A stretch of 64,000 bases of DNA from Vulcanimicrobiota bacterium (GCA_963805945.1 CAWDVP010000002.1:224001-288000), one strand, 5' to 3'; counted from the stretch's first letter, positions 1 to 8,886 are shown. Program-made: numbers and translations. Notes: a model not told the origin generated them from the sequence alone.

Positions 1-36
1 ATCCTCTCCGAGTTCTACGATTGCTGGAGGCATATC

Positions 37-198
37 ATGGAGCTTGGTGGACACATTCACGCCTTTGCGTTATATGCTGGCGTGTTCTTCGGCCAGCTTG
101 CACATACGCTCGAGACGCTGATCACGGGCGGGGCACACCCGGCCGAGACACTCATCACGGGCGGCGTGCATACCGCGGAAACCCTCATTACCGGATAG
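37..198 (+). CDS. Small repeat peptide precursor, 53 aa: MELGGHIHAFALYAGVFFGQLAHTLETLITGGAHPAETLITGGVHTAETLITG
   Basis: GGAGG at 26-30, ATG at 37, TAG at 196-198. Three ETLITG repeats at an 11-codon period that differ only at synonymous positions. Below the ORF-track size cutoff. Confidence 0.85.
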   Translation: MELGGHIHAFALYAGVFFGQLAHTLETLITGGAHPAETLITGGVHTAETLITG

Positions 199-217
199 GG
201 CGATCATCGTCAGGTCC

Positions 218-1549
218 TCATGCGATCTCTCGGCACAGTAAGTCGACGAGCTGAGGATCGTATTGGGTGCCGGCCCGCTCTGAAAGTACGCGCAGCGCTT
301 CCTGCTTGTTCAGTTGCGTGGTCGCATTGTGACCTGTAAGTAGGCACAAATAATCGCGGGTGATCGCGATAATGCGCGAAGCCACAGGGATGCGCGTCAA
401 GCGCATGCCGTGTGGATAGCCAGTGCCGTCGAATGCTTCGCACTGATGTTCAACCGCATAAGCCACCTCTTCCGGAATGATGCGGGGTGCCTTGCGGAGC
501 ACTTTTCCACCCAGTGTAGGATAGCGAAGGGCCTCTTGCTGCTGAGCGGGCGTCAAGTTAATGCCAGCTCGCAGTTCCGGAGTGAGCTTGCACTTCCCGA
601 TCTCGTGGAATTCCGCCGCCCACGCAAGGTTCTCTAAGTCCGCCTTAACCATGCCAAGCTTGCGGCCCATCTGAACCGCAAGGTAGCGGACGTCGCCGGC
701 GAACTGTGCATCATCAGGACTTAACAGGCCAATGAACTCTCGCATCATCTCGTGGAATTGGTTGACGACGAAATCGCGTTCATCGCGGGCCTCAACTGCT
801 TGGATTATGCGCTCGAACATACGCGTGTGCGCGACGACGTAGTAGAAAACAATAGCCCCTAGAATTCCGCCGAAGCCGTACATCCCAGCCAAAAGGTAGG
901 CCCAAAGAGCCGCGACAAAGCCAGCGCGCCAGTAGCGTACGAACGATGCCGGCTGGCCGAGAATTGCGAATCCTAGGATTACTAGTGCATTGTTTACAGT
1001 CTGCCAGATGATCCCAATCCCCACGACGCCGACGAGAACAAGGGGCGCGTAGAGAAAGTGCGATATTCGCGGCGCGAGGCCGAGAATAACTGCATAGGAC
1101 TGGACCATCAAGAAAACCGCTATAACAGATATCCCCAGTTGACCCGCCAATGCTGGTATCGCTTGGGCGGCTGGGCGACCGGCGGCAATCAGGCGCAAGT
1201 GAACGGCGGAAAGACCGACAACCGCAAGCGGTAGCGCCCACCAACCGACCATCGCCGTGGCTGCCGCTAGTATTGCCGCGACCGGCGCATGCACCGCGCG
1301 GAAACCTTCCTGGGGTCGCTCGTTCAGCGCGAGGAAAGCACCTACCAGCACGACGCTGATTATGGTTGCATACGAAGTGTCAAAATGCGGTGGAACGAGC
1401 ACCAAGAGTGCGGCACCCGCAATCAACAGTGCCCAATAGTAAGCGACTTTGAGTCCCTGTCGCCATGCAACAACATCTTGTTGCAGACCAGTTGCTGGAG
1501 CGCTGATCCGCTCGAGTTGCGCCTGCCCTGCCACGGCCATGACGCTCAC
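218..1549 (-). CDS. Multi-pass membrane protein with C-terminal degenerate HD-GYP domain
   Basis: Hydrophobic N-terminal ~240 aa. C-terminal FHEIGK, DGTGYPHG, IPVASRIIA and GTQYDP motifs typical of the HD-GYP fold. Confidence 0.85.
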   Translation of the reverse strand: MSVMAVAGQAQLERISAPATGLQQDVVAWRQGLKVAYYWALLIAGAALLVLVPPHFDTSYATIISVVLVGAFLALNERPQEGFRAVHAPVAAILAAATAMVGWWALPLAVVGLSAVHLRLIAAGRPAAQAIPALAGQLGISVIAVFLMVQSYAVILGLAPRISHFLYAPLVLVGVVGIGIIWQTVNNALVILGFAILGQPASFVRYWRAGFVAALWAYLLAGMYGFGGILGAIVFYYVVAHTRMFERIIQAVEARDERDFVVNQFHEMMREFIGLLSPDDAQFAGDVRYLAVQMGRKLGMVKADLENLAWAAEFHEIGKCKLTPELRAGINLTPAQQQEALRYPTLGGKVLRKAPRIIPEEVAYAVEHQCEAFDGTGYPHGMRLTRIPVASRIIAITRDYLCLLTGHNATTQLNKQEALRVLSERAGTQYDPQLVDLLCREIA

Positions 1550-1636
1550 CAGTGCCTTTCGTCAGGTCCGCGCCCGGGATAACGTCATATTAGCGAGACG
1601 TATGGGGTCGCGACCCTGTGGATAGTATATCGAACA

Positions 1637-1694
1637 TGTGACGCAAATCCCCACGAATTTGTGACAGCCCGCACAGGGTATGACGCTCATCACG
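1637..1694. promoter_or_regulatory. Three CRP/FNR-like TGTGA-N6-TCACA-type sites upstream of the HD-GYP gene
   Basis: TGTGA-cgcaaa-TCCCC (1637), TGTGA-cagccc-GCACA (1660), TATGA-cgctca-TCACG (1679). Confidence 0.4.
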
Positions 1695-1709
1695 CACACG
1701 TGTTCGAAC

Positions 1710-1732
1710 CCCGAGCTTCGCTCGGGCGCTAC
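1710..1732 (-). repeat. GTAG-type REP-like hairpin, family B
   Basis: Minus strand reads GTAG-CG-CCCGAGC-GAA-GCTCGGG. Near-identical copy at 20995-21016 on the + strand. Confidence 0.55.
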
Positions 1733-2745
1733 AGGCCGGTGGGAGAGGCCTCGGGCAGCGGGGCCTCGGTTGGCGTGGCCACCGGCAGCACCGGGGGGAC
1801 TTCCGCAGCGAGGAAGGCGTCGTAGGTCGCCCTGGAGGCCCTGCGGATAAGCCGGGCGCCGTCATCGAGATCGTCCAGGTGCGTCGTCAGCACGCAGATC
1901 ACGTACGGCGAGCCGGGCAACGCGACGATGCCGACGTCGTTGAGCGTGTCGTGCAGCGTGCCCGTCTTGTGCGCCACCACAACCCCGTGCGGCAAAGGCT
2001 CGGGCAGCAACTGGTTGTGCCGCTGCGCCGTGAGAAACGCGAGCATGACGTCGCTGGCCTGCTCGTTGATGAGCCGGCGCGTGGCGATCATGACGAGCAG
2101 GCGCATCATGTCATTGGTGCTCGTGCGCAGCTGGCGGATCGAGGGATCGCTCGCGTGAATGCTGGCGCCCAAGCGCGTCTGGGTCAGCCCCAGCCCGATC
2201 ATGGTCTGATTGATGTTCTCACGCCCGACCAGCCGGATGAGCATGTTCGTGGCCGTGTTGTCGCTGTTCGCGATCATGATCCGCGTGAGGTTGCGGACCG
2301 AGAACGTCATGCCCGCCGCGAAGTCGCACACGTCGCCGTAGCCGCAATCGCGGTCTTCCGGCAGCAGTTCCACTTGGCGATCGAGCGAGAAGCGGCCGAG
2401 CGATTCTTGCCGCAGCACTTCGACCATGACCGCGAGTTTGATCACGCTCGCCGCTGGCAGGTTCTCGTCGCCGTTGATGCTGATCGGCATGCGCCCTTGC
2501 GCGTCCGCGATCGTGATCGCGACCAAACCCGGCGTGTTATTGGCCAGGCGCCGCAGCTCGGGTTCGAGCGCGGCCATGCGAGCATCGCGCGCCACAGGCA
2601 CGTCAGGGGCCGGGAGCACGAGACCGGCGGACATGCCGCCGCCGGCCGCGATGAGCGCAGCAGCGAGCAGCATGGTGAAAAAGGCCCAACGCATACAACG
2701 ACCACTCTTCTTGGCGGCGGCACGGGACCGCCTGCCTTTCGGCAT
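1729..2745 (-). CDS. Class A beta-lactamase-like serine hydrolase (PenP family), probably exported
   Basis: AASVIK (SxxK), SDN and HKTG motifs; hydrophobic N-terminus. True start may be a downstream Met. Confidence 0.85.
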   Translation of the reverse strand: MPKGRRSRAAAKKSGRCMRWAFFTMLLAAALIAAGGGMSAGLVLPAPDVPVARDARMAALEPELRRLANNTPGLVAITIADAQGRMPISINGDENLPAASVIKLAVMVEVLRQESLGRFSLDRQVELLPEDRDCGYGDVCDFAAGMTFSVRNLTRIMIANSDNTATNMLIRLVGRENINQTMIGLGLTQTRLGASIHASDPSIRQLRTSTNDMMRLLVMIATRRLINEQASDVMLAFLTAQRHNQLLPEPLPHGVVVAHKTGTLHDTLNDVGIVALPGSPYVICVLTTHLDDLDDGARLIRRASRATYDAFLAAEVPPVLPVATPTEAPLPEASPTGL

Positions 2746-2777
2746 GAATCGCGCGCTGCGTCACGAACCGACAGCCG

Positions 2778-3677
2778 ATGCGCGACCTTGATATTATCGG
2801 CGTTCCTATCGACTATGGCGCAAGCAAGCATGGCGCGCGCCTGGGACCCGACGCAGTGCGCGAGGCCGGCCTGACCGAAAGCCTCGCGAAACTAGGCCTG
2901 CAGGTCCACGATCAGGGCAACGTCGCGGTGCCGGAGTCCAAGGACGGCGTGGCCGGTGGCCCGGGCCGCCCCCGGCATATCGAGGCCGTACGCCAGGCCA
3001 ACCTCAACCTCGCGGACGCCGTCGAGCGCTCCGCCCGCGCCGGCCGCTTCACCCTGGTCATCGGCGGTGACCACTCCATCGCCATCGGCATCCTGGCCGG
3101 GCTGGCGCGCGCGCAAGGCCCGCAGGGCCTCATCTGGATCGACGCCCATGCCGACCTCAACACCCCTGCCACCAGCCCCACCGGCAACATCCATGGCATG
3201 GCGCTGGCGATCGCGCTCGGCGAGGCCCGCGACATCTTCCCCGCCGCGAAGTTCCCCGCGCCATCGGTGGACGCCAAGCGCTGCGTCTTCATCGGCCTGC
3301 GCGATCTCGACCCCGCCGAGCGTCGCTCGCTGCGTGAGCGCGGGTTCACCTGCTTCACCATGTCCGACATCGACAAGCTCGGCATGAACACCGTCATGCA
3401 ACAAGCGCTGAAGGCCGCCTGTGACGGGCCCGGTAGCGTGCACGTCAGCCTCGACATCGACTCGGTGGATCCGAGCCTCGCCCCCGGCACGGGCACGCCG
3501 GTGGCGGGCGGCCTCACCTATCGCGAAGCGCATCTTGCCATGGAGATGATCGCCGAGAGCGGCTGCGCCGGCTCCATGGAAGTCACCGAAGTGAATCCGG
3601 TGCTCGACGAGCACAGCCGCACGGCGACGATCGCCGTCGAGCTCATATGCTCGGCGCTCGGCAAGAGCATTCTCTAA
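2778..3677 (+). CDS. rocF: Arginase
   Basis: GGDHS, DAHADLNTP..SPTGNIHGM, SLDIDSVDP..APGTGTPV and EVNP motifs. Confidence 0.93.
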   Translation: MRDLDIIGVPIDYGASKHGARLGPDAVREAGLTESLAKLGLQVHDQGNVAVPESKDGVAGGPGRPRHIEAVRQANLNLADAVERSARAGRFTLVIGGDHSIAIGILAGLARAQGPQGLIWIDAHADLNTPATSPTGNIHGMALAIALGEARDIFPAAKFPAPSVDAKRCVFIGLRDLDPAERRSLRERGFTCFTMSDIDKLGMNTVMQQALKAACDGPGSVHVSLDIDSVDPSLAPGTGTPVAGGLTYREAHLAMEMIAESGCAGSMEVTEVNPVLDEHSRTATIAVELICSALGKSIL

Positions 3678-3710
3678 AGGAGGGCGGCGACGCACGACGG
3701 GCTGGTCATC

Positions 3711-4673
3711 GTGATCGTGGTGTGCGCACTCGCCTTCAACGTCGTCGCCGGCTTCAACGACGGCGGCAATCTGCTCGCCGCGGCGGCGTCCAGCCGCACC
3801 ATCGCGCCAGGCGTCGCGTATTTCCTGATCGTCGGTTTCGCGTTTGTCGGCCCCTTCGTCTTCGGGACCGCGGTGGCCACCACGTTGGGGGCAGGCATCG
3901 CCGATTACACGACGTTGGGAGCGCCTTTGCTGCTCGCCGCCGTCCTCGCCGCTGTGGTCGCCGTGCTCGTCGCGTACGCCGCACGTGTCCCCACCATGAT
4001 GTCGCTCGCGCTCCTGTGCGCCATGGTGGGCTCGCTGCTCGTCGGCCCCGGGGCAGGCGTCATCCATTGGCCAGGCGTCGTCAAGGTCGCGTTGAGCACG
4101 TCAGGCTCGGCGCTGGTGGGCCTGCTCGCGGGCATGGCCGCCTATGCGGTGCTGCGCTTCCTCTTGCGGCCGGTATCGCGTGCGGCCGGCGACCGCCTCA
4201 TGCACCTGCAGTACGGCACCGTCGCGCTCCAAGCGCTTGGCTACGGCGCGAACGACGCCGAGAAGATGATGGGCATGATGGCGGCCGCAGGCGCTTTGCA
4301 GGCTGGTTCGCACGTCTTCGCGGTGCCGTTGTGGGCGATCGCCGGCGCGATAGCCGCCTTTGCGATGGGCATGGCGGTCGGCGGACTGCGAGTCGCCAAG
4401 ACCGTCGGCGGCAAGCTCTTCACCATCCGCCCGCAGCACGCGCTCGCGTTTCAGGGTGCGGCCGGTTCCACGGTGATCGCCGCCGCGCTGCTCGGCGCGC
4501 CGCTTTCCACAACCGAGACGACGGCGAGCGCCATCGTCGGCGTCGGGGCGATAGCACAGCCGCGACGCGTCCATTGGGATGTCGTCGCGCAAATCGCGCG
4601 CGCGTGGCTGCTGACCGTGCCCATAGCGCTCGCGGCCGGCGCGCTCGCTGGATTGATCGTGCGATGGCTCTGA
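3711..4673 (+). CDS. Inorganic phosphate transporter, PiT family
   Basis: GFNDGGN and GANDAEK signature repeats, multi-TM, followed by a DUF47 gene. Start may be ACG at 3690. Confidence 0.85.
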   Translation: MIVVCALAFNVVAGFNDGGNLLAAAASSRTIAPGVAYFLIVGFAFVGPFVFGTAVATTLGAGIADYTTLGAPLLLAAVLAAVVAVLVAYAARVPTMMSLALLCAMVGSLLVGPGAGVIHWPGVVKVALSTSGSALVGLLAGMAAYAVLRFLLRPVSRAAGDRLMHLQYGTVALQALGYGANDAEKMMGMMAAAGALQAGSHVFAVPLWAIAGAIAAFAMGMAVGGLRVAKTVGGKLFTIRPQHALAFQGAAGSTVIAAALLGAPLSTTETTASAIVGVGAIAQPRRVHWDVVAQIARAWLLTVPIALAAGALAGLIVRWL

Positions 4674-4696
4674 TAACTCGAGGGAGGTAGCACCCC

Positions 4697-5314
4697 ATGT
4701 GGCTGTCCGATTTGTTCACCGCCCGCAAGCAGCGGGTGTTCCACGAGCTGCTCATGGCGCAGTGCGGCACGCTGCTCGAGGCCGCGCACCTGCTCGAACG
4801 TTTCTTCGCGCGTGAGTCGACGACCGCGGTCGAGCAGGCCGACGCACTCGATAAGCGCTCCGAAGAGATCCTCGAGCAGATCGTCGCCGCGCTCACCGAC
4901 ACCTTCGTGACGCCCTTCGACCGCCAGGACATCTACAATCTCAGCGAAGCGCTCGACGACATGATTGATTATCTCGACAACGCCGCGCGCGAGGTGGTCC
5001 TCTTCGAGGTCGCGGCGACGCCGGCGATGATCGAGATCGCGCACATCCTCAGCGGTGCCGCGAACGACATCAACATCGCCGTGCGCACCATCGCGAGCGA
5101 TCCGAAGACGGCGGCCGCGGCGGCGACCGCGGCCTCGCTTGCCGAGGAGAAGGTCGAGGACGTCTACCGGCGCACCGTCGCGCATCTTTTCGACAGCGCC
5201 GACTTCCACCATATCTTCAAGGTGCGCGAGATCTATCGCCACCTGAGCAACAGCGCCGACCGCGCCGACGATATCGGCAAGCTGATCGGCAAGGTCGTGG
5301 TGAAGGTCGCCTAG
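4697..5314 (+). CDS. DUF47 / PhoU-like phosphate transport regulator
   Basis: TFVTPFDRQDIY motif; GGAGG RBS; operonic with pit. Confidence 0.88.
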   Translation: MWLSDLFTARKQRVFHELLMAQCGTLLEAAHLLERFFARESTTAVEQADALDKRSEEILEQIVAALTDTFVTPFDRQDIYNLSEALDDMIDYLDNAAREVVLFEVAATPAMIEIAHILSGAANDINIAVRTIASDPKTAAAAATAASLAEEKVEDVYRRTVAHLFDSADFHHIFKVREIYRHLSNSADRADDIGKLIGKVVVKVA

Positions 5315-5328
5315 GAAGCGTCAGGGAC

Positions 5329-6066
5329 CTAGACCAGCGCGACCCGCTTCAGCTCGCCCGCCAGCGTCTCGCCCGGCTTGAGGTCGATGATCTGCAGGCC
5401 TGCGATATCCTTGGTGAGCTCGCGCAGACGTGCGGGCGTGCCCGTGAGCGCGGGGAAGGTCGCATAGTGCATCGGCACCACCACCTTCGTGCCGAGCAGC
5501 CGGATGGCGTACGCGCACTGCAGCGGATCCATCGTGTAGTGGTCGCCGATCGGCAGCAGCGCGATATCCGGCTTATAGAGTTCGCCGATGATCTTCATGT
5601 CGCTGTGCACGCACGTATCGCCCGCGTGGTACACGTTGATCCCGTTCTCGAAGGTCAGCACGTAGCCCGCTGCCTCACCGCCGTAGACGATCTGATCGCC
5701 GTCGGAGATGCCGCAGCTGTGCTCGGCGTGCGTCATGGTGAACTTGACGCCCTCGACTTCAACCGTGCCGCCTTTGTTGAAGCTCGTGGTCTTGGCGACG
5801 CCCTTCTTATCGAGCCACGCCATCGTCTCGTAGATGCCGACGCACATCGCGCCGTGCTTCTTGGCAAGGCCCACCACATCGCCGATGTGGTCGAAGTGGC
5901 CGTGCGTCACCGCGAGCACGTCGAGCTTGGCGGGGTTCTTGAGCCGCGGCGGACAGGCCGGATTCTGCTCGAGCCACGGATCGACCATGATGTGCTTGCC
6001 GGACGGCGTCTTGAAGCCGAACGTCGCGTGGCCACAATAGGTGATTTCGAGATCGCCGAGATTCAT
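5329..6066 (-). CDS. Metal-dependent hydrolase, MBL fold (UPF0173)
   Basis: THGHFDH, YHAGDT, LPIGDHYTM and PMHYATFP motifs. Confidence 0.9.
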   Translation of the reverse strand: MNLGDLEITYCGHATFGFKTPSGKHIMVDPWLEQNPACPPRLKNPAKLDVLAVTHGHFDHIGDVVGLAKKHGAMCVGIYETMAWLDKKGVAKTTSFNKGGTVEVEGVKFTMTHAEHSCGISDGDQIVYGGEAAGYVLTFENGINVYHAGDTCVHSDMKIIGELYKPDIALLPIGDHYTMDPLQCAYAIRLLGTKVVVPMHYATFPALTGTPARLRELTKDIAGLQIIDLKPGETLAGELKRVALV

Positions 6067-6096
6067 CGGAATGCTCCCCAGGTGAGGGTGGTGAGG

Positions 6097-7275
6097 TTAG
6101 GCGGCCATTCTTGCCAGCGCGAGCGCCGCCTCTTCGCGCACCCACGCATCGGCCTCGGCGACGAGCAGGCGTTCGAGCGCCGCGCGCGCTGTGTTTGAAG
6201 ACGCGGGTTCGGTAGACGCCGCACAGAGCTGGCCGATAGCCCACGCGGCATGGCCGCGCACAAGCGGCTTGCGGTCCTCCAGCGCTTCGATGAGCGGCGG
6301 CAGCGCCGCAGGGTCGCGCGAGTTGCCCAGCGCCACGGCCGCATTGCGCTGCAGCACCGCCTTGCCGCGCCAGGCCATGGACGTGGGTCCGAACCACGCG
6401 CGGAACTGCGATTTCGTCATGCGCAGCACGGCGGGCAGGTCCACCGTGGTGCCGAGATGCGCCATCGGCTCGAACTCGTGCCGCGAACGGGCTCGCGCCG
6501 CCAACGCCTTGCGCTCGTTGACCGGGCAGACCGTCTGGCAGGCGTCGCAGCCCCACAGCCGGTTGCCGACGGCCGCGCGCAGCTCGCGCGGGATCGGCGT
6601 GCGCAGCTGCGTGAGATCGGAGATGCAGCGGCGCGCGTCGACGCTGCCGTCTGGCCCGATCGCTCCAGTCGGACAGCGGTCGATGCACTCGACGCATTCG
6701 CCGCATGACTTCTTGAGCGGCTCGTCGGACTCGAGCTCGAGCGTCGTGATGAGTTCACCGAGCAGCACCCACGAGCCGAACTCGCGCGTGAGCACGTTGC
6801 CGTTCTTGCCGAACCAGCCGATGCCGGCGCGCACCGCCGCGGCGCGATCGACGAGCGGCCCCGTGTCGACGCACGGCAGGCAGCGCTCGCCCGGGAATTC
6901 TGCACAGATATACTCCGCCAGCTGGCGCAGCTTCGCGCCGAGCGTGCGGTGATAGTCGCGCCCCCAGGCGTGGCTTGAGATAAAGCCGCGCAATCCGGGC
7001 GCATAGGAATCATACGGTTCGAATGCGGTCAGATATGACGTGGCGGTGCAGATGATCGAGCGCGCACCAGGCAGCGTCTGCTCCGGCCGGCAGTTCCGTT
7101 CCACGAGCTCGTCCGGATAGCGCCACTGCGCGAGCATGCCTGCGCGCGCGCGTTGCTTGAAGACGCGCTCGGTCGGCGCGAACGGCGCCGCCGAGGTCAC
7201 GCGCACGAGGTCGAATCCGATGTCCTTGGCTCGAGCGACGATGCGCTCTTTAGGCGATGCCTCGAGCGCGATCAC
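6097..7275 (-). CDS. queG: tRNA epoxyqueuosine(34) reductase
   Basis: GRDYH, VDTGP, GIGWFGKN, CxxCxxCxxxCP, GCDxCQxVCP, plus C-terminal HEAT-like repeats. Confidence 0.93.
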   Translation of the reverse strand: MIALEASPKERIVARAKDIGFDLVRVTSAAPFAPTERVFKQRARAGMLAQWRYPDELVERNCRPEQTLPGARSIICTATSYLTAFEPYDSYAPGLRGFISSHAWGRDYHRTLGAKLRQLAEYICAEFPGERCLPCVDTGPLVDRAAAVRAGIGWFGKNGNVLTREFGSWVLLGELITTLELESDEPLKKSCGECVECIDRCPTGAIGPDGSVDARRCISDLTQLRTPIPRELRAAVGNRLWGCDACQTVCPVNERKALAARARSRHEFEPMAHLGTTVDLPAVLRMTKSQFRAWFGPTSMAWRGKAVLQRNAAVALGNSRDPAALPPLIEALEDRKPLVRGHAAWAIGQLCAASTEPASSNTARAALERLLVAEADAWVREEAALALARMAA

Positions 7276-8048
7276 GTCGTGCCGGCTGCCGATGACGGGA
7301 AGTCGATGATGCAGGTCCCGTGCACGGGCAGACCGTTGAGCGTCGCGGGCGCGTAGGTCGAGTGGCGCGCGGCGTCGACCGCCGCGGCATCGAGCGCGCT
7401 GTCGCCGGACGATGCCAGGATTCGCACGCTCAAGACGTCGCCGTCGGGGCTGATCTCCACCTCGAGGCGCACATGGCGATTGGTGTCGCCCGTCGACAAG
7501 GCGGCGACTTGCAGCACGTGCGGCGGATTATCGTCGCCCCACTGCACCGCGCCGCCGACGCGGCTGGTGTTCGCGCCGCTGTCGACCTGCGCGCTGCGAC
7601 CGGCGGGCGGCACCTTTGTGGTCAAGTCGTTCGTGGCCGCGCCGGAGTCGGGGCCTGGCGCAGGGCTTGGCACACCGCGGTCGTGCACCGAGAGCATCGC
7701 GGTGCGTCGTGCCGGCGTGTGCACCTCGTGGTGCTTCGTGTTCGCCGCGATCTCCAAGTACTTGAGCGGCGACAGATTGGCGATGGTGCGCTTTTCGATC
7801 ATCGGCGGCGGATGCGTCGGCTCGACCACGACCAGCTTGGCGCGCGAGAGCGTCACCACCGTCAAGGCTTGATCGGGAACTTCGGGCGTACGGAACAGGG
7901 GGGCCAGCGTGGTCAGGGTCGGTCCCATGACGAGATGCAACGCGAACGAGAGCGCGAGGAACAATCCGACGACGAGCAGAGCACGGCGCTTGAAGCCCGT
8001 TCTCGAGCCTGGCGTGATCGGCGTATAACCTAAAACGGATCGCAGCAT
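7272..8048 (-). CDS. TonB C-terminal domain protein (energy transducer-like)
   Basis: N-terminal TM with SxxxH, Pro-rich linker, and a C-terminal SSGDSALDAAAVDAA motif. Confidence 0.75.
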   Translation of the reverse strand: MLRSVLGYTPITPGSRTGFKRRALLVVGLFLALSFALHLVMGPTLTTLAPLFRTPEVPDQALTVVTLSRAKLVVVEPTHPPPMIEKRTIANLSPLKYLEIAANTKHHEVHTPARRTAMLSVHDRGVPSPAPGPDSGAATNDLTTKVPPAGRSAQVDSGANTSRVGGAVQWGDDNPPHVLQVAALSTGDTNRHVRLEVEISPDGDVLSVRILASSGDSALDAAAVDAARHSTYAPATLNGLPVHGTCIIDFPSSAAGTT

Positions 8049-8094
8049 TTGTTTGTCCGCCTGCGCCCCTGGGGGTGGAGTATTTCCCGGGAGG

Positions 8095-8886
8095 CTAGGG
8101 CGCCGCCTTTGAGCGGTCGGCGGTCTGCATGTCGAGAAGTTCCTGGTATTTCTTGGGCATACCGGGCTCGTAGGTCAGGAACGAGGGGATCGGGTAGCGG
8201 ATACCACCCTTTTGCGTCCCCTCCAGGCCCTCGACCAGCTCGTCAGCCCGGTGCCAGGGCAAGGTGAACGCCATCTCGTCGTCCTGGGCGCCGGCGAAGA
8301 TGCGGTCGCCGTTGCACGGCAGGATGACCTGGTAGTCGTCGGTGCGCATGGGCACGACGAGGTGGTCCGAGCAGTCCATGCGTGCGGCGAAGGACGAGGC
8401 GATGCGCCCGCCCTTCTTCCATAGGGCGGCAGCCACGAGGCGCATGACCTGGGCAGCGTTGCCATAGATGATGAGGACGTGCGGCTCGAATTCCGCCCTT
8501 TGGAGGGCGCCGAAGACGATGGCGTCGATCTCGCCCGGCCTGAACTTCACCACCGACGCCTCGCTGCGCGCGCCGGCGGCTTCATCTTTGGTGTACATGC
8601 CCGAGCAGAGGTTGCCTTCGTCGTAGTAATCGTTGGGCGCCGCGAAGCCGGCGACGAGCGCCCCGAGCGGGCACTTCATGTCCTCGGCGCGCAGCACGGT
8701 CGTCCAGCCGTACTTGCGTGCGATGCCCCAGCCTTGGCAGACCGTCACGTGTTTGTGCAGGTCTTCGAGCGGGCGCTTGGCCTTCTCTGGAGCCGCCTCG
8801 CCCTTGCGCAAGAAACGCACCGCCACCGGGAACGTGGTCGGCCGGATGAACTCGTCGAGCTTCTCGGCGACGCCTTTCGGGTCCAC
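8095..8886 (-). CDS. DUF169 family protein
   Basis: PVAVRF, TVCQ..ARKYG, CPLG, PCNGDR and DDEM motifs; GTG start abuts the gdh stop. Confidence 0.8.
   Translation of the reverse strand: MDPKGVAEKLDEFIRPTTFPVAVRFLRKGEAAPEKAKRPLEDLHKHVTVCQGWGIARKYGWTTVLRAEDMKCPLGALVAGFAAPNDYYDEGNLCSGMYTKDEAAGARSEASVVKFRPGEIDAIVFGALQRAEFEPHVLIIYGNAAQVMRLVAAALWKKGGRIASSFAARMDCSDHLVVPMRTDDYQVILPCNGDRIFAGAQDDEMAFTLPWHRADELVEGLEGTQKGGIRYPIPSFLTYEPGMPKKYQELLDMQTADRSKAAP

Noticed and set aside
103..195. 33-bp periodic repeats as a CRISPR array or plain DNA repeat
   Set aside because: There is no repeat-spacer structure and no cas gene, and variation within the cores is at synonymous positions, so it is a coding repeat.
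21..254. 77-aa track ORF overlapping the window start
   Set aside because: It has no RBS. The alternative frame starting at 37 has a GGAGG RBS and amino-acid-level repeat conservation.
1729..2745. Antibiotic-resistance beta-lactamase
   Set aside because: SxxK, SDN and KTG are present, but no omega-loop ExxLN (Glu166) motif is visible; more likely a PBP-like hydrolase.
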